DNA from: Actinomycetales bacterium
GTDB lineage: Bacteria; Actinomycetota; Actinomycetes; Actinomycetales; Microbacteriaceae
Direction of reading: 5' to 3'
Assembly: GCA_015654575.1 (NCBI GenBank)
Contig: JAATGR010000071.1
Span: 1-63,943 of the forward strand
DNA: 63,943 bases
Shown: piece after piece, positions 56,767 to 63,943 of the stretch
Position numbering within the stretch: position 1 is the first letter of the stretch
How the letters are laid out: the number at the start of each line of letters is the position of its first letter
Notes under the pieces: generated by a model
What the model saw: only the letters and a program-made list of their open reading frames with translations
Told to the model about the DNA's origin: nothing
The model's database searches: none
Made by a program: the position numbers and the translations under genes

Positions 56767-57069
56767 GGGTGTGCTCCTCGTCGAGTGGGCTGACCTTCTG
56801 AGCCTACGGCGGAACGATCCCTGGTTTCCATGCGGCCGGGCGATAGCTGCCATGACCTGGATGCGGCCACATCCGCCGGCCGGCCCGCGGCATCCCCGCC
56901 GGCGCGATTCTGCGACGCTCGCGCGGGGGTGACGCAGGTGCGGATGCGCGCGTGACCGGTGCGCCGACGATGGCAGCCATCGCCGGGTCGCCCTGGTCCT
57001 CGGCATCCTGCGGCCGTAGCGTCGATGCGGGGCCAGCCCCAGACAACGTCGCCCGGAAAGGAAAACCCC

Positions 57070-57363
57070 ATGGCTTTCATCTGCAGTGCCACCTGGATCG
57101 CCAAGCCCGGCGAGGAGGAGACCGTCCGCAGCGCGCTCGAGCAGCTGTCGCCGGCATCCCGCGAAGAGCCCGGCAACATCTATTACCAGGCCTATCAGAG
57201 CCCGGAGGAGCCGAACGTCTTCCGCATCTTCGAGGTCTACGCCGACGAGGACGCGTTCAAGGCCCACGCCACCTACCCGCACTTCGAGCAGTGGGCGCTC
57301 GGTCAAGCGATCCCGGCCCTGGAGACCCGTCAGCGCGACTTCTACGAGACCCTGGACTTCTGA
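57070..57363 (+). CDS. ABM-family (putative quinol monooxygenase) protein
   Basis: AKPGEEE, SREEPGN and FEVYADEDAFKAH. Confidence 0.85.
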   Translation: MAFICSATWIAKPGEEETVRSALEQLSPASREEPGNIYYQAYQSPEEPNVFRIFEVYADEDAFKAHATYPHFEQWALGQAIPALETRQRDFYETLDF

Positions 57364-57364
57364 G

Positions 57365-58333
57365 TTGGCGCAGTACGCGCGCTTCGTCGGGGTGAACGGC
57401 ATCGTCCACACCGGCCGCGTGCAGCACGGCAGGCTGCTGGACGTGCCCGGCGATCCGGAGATCCTCGACCTGCTCAACGGCCCGGAGGACGTCAAGCGCG
57501 ACCTCGACGTGCGCGGCGGCCGCTACCAGAAGCTGCCGGTCGAGGATGCCGTGTTCGCGGTGCCGGTCGAGCCGCGCGCGATGCGCGACTTCCTCGTGTT
57601 CGAGGCCCACATTGCCGGGATGAAGAAGACCGAGGGCGGCGACGGCAGCGTTCCGCCGGCGTGGTACGAGGCGCCGCGGTTCCTGTTCATGAACCCGTGG
57701 TCGGTGCTCCCCACTGGCGCGGACATCCCGATGCCGCCGTTCACCCGGCGACTCGACTTCGAGCTCGAGGTCGCGATGATCGTCAAGGACACCGTCCGCG
57801 ACGTGCCGATCGAGGAGGCTGCGGAGCACATCGCGGGCTACTGCATCTTCAACGACTGGAGCGCGCGCGACGTCCAGGGGCGGGAGATGAGCGTCGGTCT
57901 CGGCCCGTCCAAGGGCAAGGATTTCGCCAACACCCTCGGGCCGTGGCTCACGACGCCGGACGAGCTGGAGCAGTATCGCGAGGGCGACCGCTACGCGCTG
58001 GACATGTCCGTCGCCATCAACGGCGAGGTTGTCGGTGCCGACGACCTGCGCAACATGTCGTGGTCGTTCGAGGAGATGCTGGTCCACGCCTCGCGCGACG
58101 CCTGGGTCGGGGCCGGGGATGTGCTGGCGACCGGCACCGCATCGCAGGGCGCTCTCTCGGAGCGCTGGTCCCGTGCGGGCGGTCATCTCGTGATCCCGCC
58201 GCTGCAGGTCGGAGATGTCGTCACGATGACGGTGGAAGGACTCGGAACCATCGAGAACCGCATCGTCGAGACGGCCAGCCCCGGCTACACGGTGCCGCCG
58301 GCCCGCCGCACCTATGGTGCGGACCGGCTGTGA
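57365..58333 (+). CDS. Fumarylacetoacetate hydrolase family protein
   Basis: RDFLVFEAH, LDFELE, FNDWSARD and KGKDFA; TTG start assumed. Confidence 0.88.
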   Translation: MAQYARFVGVNGIVHTGRVQHGRLLDVPGDPEILDLLNGPEDVKRDLDVRGGRYQKLPVEDAVFAVPVEPRAMRDFLVFEAHIAGMKKTEGGDGSVPPAWYEAPRFLFMNPWSVLPTGADIPMPPFTRRLDFELEVAMIVKDTVRDVPIEEAAEHIAGYCIFNDWSARDVQGREMSVGLGPSKGKDFANTLGPWLTTPDELEQYREGDRYALDMSVAINGEVVGADDLRNMSWSFEEMLVHASRDAWVGAGDVLATGTASQGALSERWSRAGGHLVIPPLQVGDVVTMTVEGLGTIENRIVETASPGYTVPPARRTYGADRL

Positions 58334-58435
58334 CCTGATCTCGCAGAGTGCAACGTCACCCCGGCGGGTGAGCCGATCGGGCTCGCGTCGGCGCAGCCCG
58401 GCCCGCTGATGTCCGATGTCGCTGATGAGAATCCC

Positions 58436-58523
58436 CGTTCATCACTCAGGCAATCCGGTCGGCAGACCGCGCGCATCGGTCGACATGCGCGGGGCCGACG
58501 CCATCCTGCCTGAGTTACGAACG
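58436..58523. repeat. REP-like palindromic element, family B, copy 2
   Basis: CGTTCATCACTCAGGCA ... TGCCTGAGTTACGAACG; right arm identical to 42153-42169. Confidence 0.7.
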
Positions 58524-58565
58524 ATGCAGCGGATGCGGGCGGGGCGGATGGATGCCGCGGGGGAC

Positions 58566-58934
58566 TCAGCGCTCGGGCAGCACGAGGGCATTCGCCCAGG
58601 ACAGGGCATCGTCCGCGCTGACGGCGGACAGGGCGATGACGCGACCGCCGTCGGAGCGCCGAGCTGGAGAGATGACAGCGTCGAAGTTCTCCACGCGGCC
58701 GTCGGACAGCTCTGCCTCGACGTGCGTGTCGAGCTCGAGGTAGCCGATCAGCGCCGTGCCGAGCCGGACCTCCACGCCCTCCTCGCGCACCGCGGCCACG
58801 AGTGCTGATTCGTCGGTGCCAGCGGCGGGAACAGGCCCCACCAGCGCCACCTCCATGCCGCGGCGCGCCAGGGTGGCCGCCACGACAGCGCTCGCCGGGC
58901 CGGGGCCCACGACGAGAACGGACGGGAGTGTCAT
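58566..58934 (-). CDS. Small protein resembling only the FAD-binding segments of a group A monooxygenase
   Basis: VLVVGPG...LARRG, GVEVRLG...LSDGRVENFDAV and GRVIAL align with separated segments of 51203-52333. Confidence 0.55.
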   Translation of the reverse strand: MTLPSVLVVGPGPASAVVAATLARRGMEVALVGPVPAAGTDESALVAAVREEGVEVRLGTALIGYLELDTHVEAELSDGRVENFDAVISPARRSDGGRVIALSAVSADDALSWANALVLPER

Positions 58935-59067
58935 GCCGCGCCTTCCGCTCGGTGACGCAGCCTCGGCGCTGCGTGCCACCGACGCTATGTGCGCGGCCCG
59001 GGCGGCGGAACGTATCCCTCTCGATGGCTCCCATCGCGAAGGCACCGCTCTCGGGCCTCGCCGGGTC

Positions 59068-59985
59068 TCACGCCGCGGCGAGTTCCGCTGTCAGCGCCGT
59101 CGTGAGCCGCTCGCGGAACCACACGTGTACCGGATCGGACTCGTGGCTCGGATGCCACCAGAGCTTGAGCGCGATCTCGACCGCGCCGAACGGCGCATCC
59201 ACACCGACCGTGCCGGTGACGGGGCCGAGCCGTTCGGCGAGGACGCGCGGCACCACCGCGACGAGGTCGGTGCCTGCCACGATGGAGGGCAGCGGCAGGA
59301 ACGAGGAGGTCGTCACCCGCGGCTCGCGCCGGTCGATCCCGAGCTCGCGCAGCCGGCGGTCGGCGGGGGTGAAGTGCAACCGGCCGAACTGGGCGACCGC
59401 CTGCGGCAGCGCCACGAAGTCGTCGAAGGACAGCCCGCCGTCGCGCAGCGCCGGGTTCTTCGCATCCACGAGGCACACGTACTCGTCCTCGAGGAGCGGC
59501 GCGTGCAGGCCGTCGATCCCGATCCCCGGCACGGCCACGACGAAGTCGTGCGTCACCAGGTCGCGTTCGCTCTCCATCGGACGCTCCGGCAGCGGGACGA
59601 GATCGACCTGGATGCCGGGCGCTTCGGCGAGCACGGTCGAGATCGCGCCCCGCAACCGCATGATCCCGTAGTCGGTGACCATGAGACTCAGTGTGCGATG
59701 CGCCGTCGCGGGATCAGGCGCGGGGTCGCCGGCGAGTACCTGCTCGAGCAGCGGGATCGTGGCCTGCACCTGCGGCAGCAGCAGCCGGGCGAACGGCGTC
59801 AATTCGTAGTCGCGTCCGACCCGGACCAGCAGCTCGTCGTTGAACACGAGCCGTAGGCGCGACAGCGCCGAGCTCATGGAGGACTGCCCGAGCTGCACGC
59901 GCTGACCCGCACGGGTCACGTTGGCTTCTTCAAGCAGCGCACGCAGGGGGACAAGCAGATTGAGGTCGTAACCGCCGTTGGTCAT
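59068..59985 (-). CDS. LysR family regulator (NodD/FdeR-like)
   Basis: DLNLLVPLRALLEEANVTRAG, FNDELLVRVGR and WWHPSHESDPVHVWFR. Confidence 0.9.
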   Translation of the reverse strand: MTNGGYDLNLLVPLRALLEEANVTRAGQRVQLGQSSMSSALSRLRLVFNDELLVRVGRDYELTPFARLLLPQVQATIPLLEQVLAGDPAPDPATAHRTLSLMVTDYGIMRLRGAISTVLAEAPGIQVDLVPLPERPMESERDLVTHDFVVAVPGIGIDGLHAPLLEDEYVCLVDAKNPALRDGGLSFDDFVALPQAVAQFGRLHFTPADRRLRELGIDRREPRVTTSSFLPLPSIVAGTDLVAVVPRVLAERLGPVTGTVGVDAPFGAVEIALKLWWHPSHESDPVHVWFRERLTTALTAELAAA

Positions 59986-60265
59986 GTTCCGCATCGTACC
60001 GACCCGCAGCACGGGGAGATCGCCCAGGGCGGGCGAACGATGGCAGGTATCCTCGACGCGTCGTTCCACGCCCGCTCCGCCTTCCCTAACGTGGGAGTAG
60101 CGCGCCGACCGTGCCGGAAGACCGTCGATGATCCGCCGTCCGCCCGGGATTCCGCGACACGACGGGCGGGTATGACCGCCGCGATCCTCGGGTATCGGCG
60201 CCTCCTGAGCGGAATCCGCAACCGCGCGCACCACGGTGGTGCGCGTACGACAGAAGGAGAGTCAC

Positions 60266-61030
60266 ATGGGTCGTCTTGAGGGCAAGGTCGCCGTGATCAC
60301 CGGGATTGGCGGTGGGATGGGCCGGGATGCGGCGCGCCGCTTCGCCGCCGAGGGCGCGAAGGTCGTCGGCTGCGACATCAACGCCGAGACCCTCGAGGAG
60401 ACGGTGCGGATCGTCCGCGCCGAGGGCGGTGAGATCACCGGCTTCGGCGGCATCGACCTGACCGACGCCGACGTCACGGAGGCGTGGATCGAGGACGCGG
60501 CCGCCGTATACGACGGGATCGAGGTCCTGTACAACAACGCCGGCATCCAGCGTTTCGCGCCGATCGACGAGCTCGCGGTCGCGGACTGGGAGCTCAACAT
60601 CAAGGGCGAGCTCAGCCTCGTCTTCTACGCCGTGCGCGCGGCCTGGAAGCACCTGGGGAAGAACGGCGGCGTGATCGTCAACATCGGCTCTATCGCCGGC
60701 ACCCGCGGCGTGGAGTTCATGCCGCAGAACGTGCATGGCACCGCCAAGGCCGGCGTCATCAACCTCACACAGCACCTGGCGGTCGAAGGCGGCCCGCTCG
60801 GCATCCGCGCCGTGTGCATCTCGCCCGGGTTCATCGTGACGCCGGCGACGCAGTTCCTCGTCGACAGCCCGCCGGCGGCGATGAAGGCCACATGGGACCG
60901 CATCCCGATGCGCCGGGTCGGGCAGACCTCCGACATCGTCAACGCGGCGGTGTTCCTCGCCAGCGACGAGGCGTCGTGGATCACCGGCGTCAACCTGGTC
61001 GTGGATGGCGGCGGCTCGGTCATCGGGTGA
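60266..61030 (+). CDS. SDR family oxidoreductase (HxxxK variant)
   Basis: TGIGGGMG, YNNAG and HGTAK in place of YxxxK; RBS AAGGAG. Confidence 0.88.
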   Translation: MGRLEGKVAVITGIGGGMGRDAARRFAAEGAKVVGCDINAETLEETVRIVRAEGGEITGFGGIDLTDADVTEAWIEDAAAVYDGIEVLYNNAGIQRFAPIDELAVADWELNIKGELSLVFYAVRAAWKHLGKNGGVIVNIGSIAGTRGVEFMPQNVHGTAKAGVINLTQHLAVEGGPLGIRAVCISPGFIVTPATQFLVDSPPAAMKATWDRIPMRRVGQTSDIVNAAVFLASDEASWITGVNLVVDGGGSVIG

Positions 61031-61160
61031 GGGGCGTCGGGTCCGCCTTCCGGCGGTGAATCACCCGGAACCGTGTGTTGGTGATCATCCGGAGCGCGAG
61101 GGGCTGACCGGGGTGTCGTCTTGGCGTCGTCGCCCAGACGGGGAGGTGACCGGTCGATCA

Positions 61161-62378
61161 TCACGATGGTCGTGGGAGGCGCTCACCGCGCAAATCACCG
61201 GACACTATGCGTCCGCGCGAGATCACTGCGCGGATGCGGCGCGTGTCGAGCTCCTCGATGTCATCCCAGGGTCGTCCGTCGGGCAGCACCATATCGGCGC
61301 CCAGCCCGACACGGATGCGTCCTGTCACCTCGCCCAATCCGATCGCATTCGCGGCGTCGCTGGTAGCAGCGATCAACGCGCGTCGCGCATCCCACCCCAG
61401 CCGCTCGGCCATGATGCGCACTTCCGCCATTTGATCGCCGAAACGCGTGAACACGCCGTTCGCATCCGTACCGAGGACGAAACGGACGCCGCGTTCCCCG
61501 GCCTCTCGGAGGGTGCGGGCCCGCGCGTCCTCGAGCGCCGCTGACTTCTCCCGTGCATCGGCGGACACATCGTCGACCCGCGTCTTCAGCCGGTCGTGGA
61601 TCAGAAGGGTCGGGGCGACGGGGATGCGTCGCTCGGCGATCGCGTCCATCTGGCGCTGTGTCATGTCCGTGGCATGTTCGATCGAGTCGACATCGGCGGC
61701 CAGCGCCCGATCGATGCCGATAGAGGAGTGAGAATGCGCGGCGACGATCATTCCCAGGGCGTGCGCCTCGTCCACGGTCGCGGCCAACTCGGCGTCCGTA
61801 TGGTTGCGCCACTCGACCCGGTCCCCCATCGAGAGAACGCCCCCGCTCGTGTACACCTTGATGGCGTGCGCCCCGGCGCGCGCCCAATGGCGCACCAGCT
61901 TGCGGCATTCGTCGACGCCGTCGGCGACCGGAGGCCGGTACGGGTAGTGGGGCGGGGTGAACAGGTCGCCGTGTCCCGCAGTCATGCCGACCGGGCCGGC
62001 TGTGACCAGGCGGGGACCGGTGAGCAGCTCAGCGTCCAGGATGCGGCTGACGGCGAAGTGCGTGGGATCCGAGGCGAGGTCGCGCAGCGTCGTCACGCCG
62101 TGACGCATGGCGGTCTGCGCCTGTGCCAGGACGTGCAGCGACCTTTCTTCCGGCGGAGTCACGATCGCCCAGTTGCGGTCCGCCCGGGCGGTGACCGCAT
62201 CCGTGTCCAGATGCACATGCGTATCGACCAGACCGGGGATCAGCGAGAGGCCGGAGTCAGGCGTATCGGTAGCACTCGGTGTGACGGCGACGAGTCTGTC
62301 GCCCAACCATTCGACATCGCTCAGTCCGAGCTCCTCCTCCCCGTCCCACACGCGAACGCCTCGCACAGTTGTCTGCAT
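61161..62378 (-). CDS. Metal-dependent amidohydrolase (Xaa-Pro dipeptidase-like)
   Basis: PGLVDTHVH, GVTTLRD, IKVYTSGGV, AAHSH, SIEH and GTDA. Confidence 0.88.
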   Translation of the reverse strand: MQTTVRGVRVWDGEEELGLSDVEWLGDRLVAVTPSATDTPDSGLSLIPGLVDTHVHLDTDAVTARADRNWAIVTPPEERSLHVLAQAQTAMRHGVTTLRDLASDPTHFAVSRILDAELLTGPRLVTAGPVGMTAGHGDLFTPPHYPYRPPVADGVDECRKLVRHWARAGAHAIKVYTSGGVLSMGDRVEWRNHTDAELAATVDEAHALGMIVAAHSHSSIGIDRALAADVDSIEHATDMTQRQMDAIAERRIPVAPTLLIHDRLKTRVDDVSADAREKSAALEDARARTLREAGERGVRFVLGTDANGVFTRFGDQMAEVRIMAERLGWDARRALIAATSDAANAIGLGEVTGRIRVGLGADMVLPDGRPWDDIEELDTRRIRAVISRGRIVSGDLRGERLPRPS

Positions 62379-62412
62379 GGTGTCTCCTTCTCCGATCCGC
62401 TGATCCGGATCC

Positions 62413-63582
62413 TCAGAGCATCGGCTGCATTTCGCCCACAGGTCGTCCTTCGGCGTCGACCACGGTGATCTCGCGGTGCCGATCGAAGCCGCCGCAGGGA
62501 TGGCTGATGCCGAACCTGAGCACCTCTCCCGGAGCAGGCTCCTGGTCGCGGGGTGTGCGCAGAAAGGCATGATGGTCATTGACCGCAGTGATGAACCAAT
62601 CGCTTCGCGGGTTGCCGTCGGGACCGAGTGGGACAGGCAGCCGTTCATCCGTCGGGACGTCGCGCCGGCCGAAACCGATGAGGGCGAGACCCGGTTCCGG
62701 GCGGGACAGCACACGGGCAAGCAACTCGAGCGCAGCTGTGAACGCGGGGCCGTGCCCGGTGCGAGCGGACGGCGTCGTCTCGGCGTACATGCCGTGGTCG
62801 TGGACGATATAGCAGCCCGACCGCAGGATCGTCGTGACGGGCTCATCCCAGGCGCTAGGCCCGAGGATCTTGACCGCACGATCAAAGTATGAGCTGCCGC
62901 CAGCCGTCACGATCGGCTCCGGACCGAGCAGCTTCTGCTCACGCAGATCCATGACGGTCTCGTGCATCTCGTGCAGCAGTGCGTCTACGAGCCGTGGGAC
63001 GGCGTTCCGATGCTCCCCGGGCACCCGGGGAGCGAGGCCTTCGAAACCTGCGACGCCCGCGAGCCGTAGCGTGGGGGCCTGCGCGACGGCTTCAGCGACC
63101 CGCAGCGTATCCGCACGTGTGCGCGTACCCGTGCGACCACCGGCGAAACCCCGTTCCAACAGCACGTCCAGGGGGCGCATGGGCGAATGCAGTCGCGATG
63201 CGAGGAGTTCGACGGCTTCGACGCTATCGACGTAGCAGAGGTAGCGGATCTCGGGTTCACCGTTGAGGACGGTCGCGACGATCCAGTCGATGAATGCCGA
63301 GTCGACGACCAGGTTCGCATGCAGGATGCGGGACACTCCGCAGCCATGCAATAGGCGCACCTGACGTGGGGTGGCCGCGGTCATGCCCCACGCGCCGTGG
63401 TCGAGCTGGAGCTGGATGAGCTCCGGAACCATGTGGGTCTTGGCGTGCGGGCTGAGCAAGACACCATGCTCGTCGCAGGATCTGGCCATGGCCTCGACGT
63501 TGCCGCGGGCGGCCGGCTCATGGAGCACCAGCAGGGGAAGGTCTCGTTCGAGGGCGAGCCTCGGGCTCGGGGCCGTGTTCAT
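62413..63582 (-). CDS. Fold-type III PLP enzyme (D-serine dehydratase / amino-acid deaminase-like)
   Basis: PHAKT, GRTG, AGFEG, AGGSSYFD, LRSGCY, NDHH and GISHPC. Confidence 0.85.
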   Translation of the reverse strand: MNTAPSPRLALERDLPLLVLHEPAARGNVEAMARSCDEHGVLLSPHAKTHMVPELIQLQLDHGAWGMTAATPRQVRLLHGCGVSRILHANLVVDSAFIDWIVATVLNGEPEIRYLCYVDSVEAVELLASRLHSPMRPLDVLLERGFAGGRTGTRTRADTLRVAEAVAQAPTLRLAGVAGFEGLAPRVPGEHRNAVPRLVDALLHEMHETVMDLREQKLLGPEPIVTAGGSSYFDRAVKILGPSAWDEPVTTILRSGCYIVHDHGMYAETTPSARTGHGPAFTAALELLARVLSRPEPGLALIGFGRRDVPTDERLPVPLGPDGNPRSDWFITAVNDHHAFLRTPRDQEPAPGEVLRFGISHPCGGFDRHREITVVDAEGRPVGEMQPML

Positions 63583-63943
63583 CGTCGGGTGGCCGGCTCT
63601 GGGTGCCCGGCACGCAGCACGCGACCGTCTCGGCGTCCGTTGAATCTGCCATCGGCGACGGCGAGGGATCCGGCCAAGACGACATACGGAATGCCGGTGG
63701 GCTGGGTATCGGGCTTCGTTGGCCGTCCGGCATGGCCGACCGTGTGCAGATCGAACACGACCACATCGGCGATCGCGCCTGCGCCGATGTAGCCGCGTCC
63801 GGCCAGGCCGAACTGACGGGCCGTCATCGACGTCATCTTGCGCACGGCTTCCTCGACGGAGATCACGCCGCGATCGCGAACATATGTGCCCAGCACCGTG
63901 GGGAAGCAGCCCCAGCCGCGCTGGTGCGCATATCCGACCGGGA
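63579..63943 (-). CDS. N-acyl-D-amino-acid deacylase, C-terminal part (runs off window)
   Basis: YVRDRGVISVEEAVRKMTS, ADVVVFD and PTGIPYV; ATGA overlap with the next gene. Confidence 0.82.
   Translation of the reverse strand, partial: PVGYAHQRGWGCFPTVLGTYVRDRGVISVEEAVRKMTSMTARQFGLAGRGYIGAGAIADVVVFDLHTVGHAGRPTKPDTQPTGIPYVVLAGSLAVADGRFNGRRDGRVLRAGHPEPATRR

Noticed and set aside
52419-60051. GAT-N7-ATC motifs at 52419, 52745 and 60039 as nod-box-like LysR sites
   Set aside because: The flanking ATC-N9-GAT halves are mostly absent; too weak to call by eye.
12-63896. Many long alternative-frame and antisense ORFs (e.g. 3637-5373, 38057-40156, 47516-49699, and the 5' parts of 34481-37324 and 10425-12176)
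   Set aside because: Arg/Pro/Ala-rich shadow frames expected in high-GC DNA; they overlap well-supported genes and carry no motifs.
1-63943. Transposases, integrases, tRNA/rRNA, defence systems
   Set aside because: No recognisable motifs found by reading; a covariance-model and HMM scan would be needed to exclude small RNAs.

Overview
High-GC actinobacterial DNA (gene content and repeat style suggest Microbacteriaceae; this is inference) devoted almost entirely to catabolism of plant aromatics. (1) About 1-28 kb: an accessory island with two SDRs resembling sphingomonad lignin C-alpha dehydrogenases (LigD/LigO type), a third related SDR, two tandem luciferase-like flavin monooxygenases, a cocaine-esterase-type hydrolase, a Liv-type ABC importer with two binding proteins, a flavin reductase-GntR fusion, two vanillyl-alcohol-oxidase-type flavoproteins each with a divergent AraC regulator, an NTF2 protein, and an aldolase/HAD/DhaL/DhaK block. 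A GTCTCA-N3-TGAGAC operator sits 22-23 nt from a -10-like hexamer in front of four of these units. No glutathione beta-etherase is present, so the best candidate novel system is a glutathione-independent, oxygenase-plus-esterase route for lignin dimers or lignans (hypothesis). (2) 28-34 kb: cou/phd-type hydroxycinnamate beta-oxidation cluster. (3) 36.5-46 kb: complete protocatechuate branch of the beta-ketoadipate pathway. (4) 47.6-61 kb: a cluster resembling flavonoid A-ring cleavage (fde type), with an internally deleted LysR remnant and a miniaturised monooxygenase-like ORF. (5) 61-64 kb: D-amino acid/amidohydrolase genes. Several families of intergenic palindromic repeats occur. No rRNA, tRNA, CRISPR array, transposase or integrase was recognised. 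All homology calls come from motif reading and recall, not database searches.
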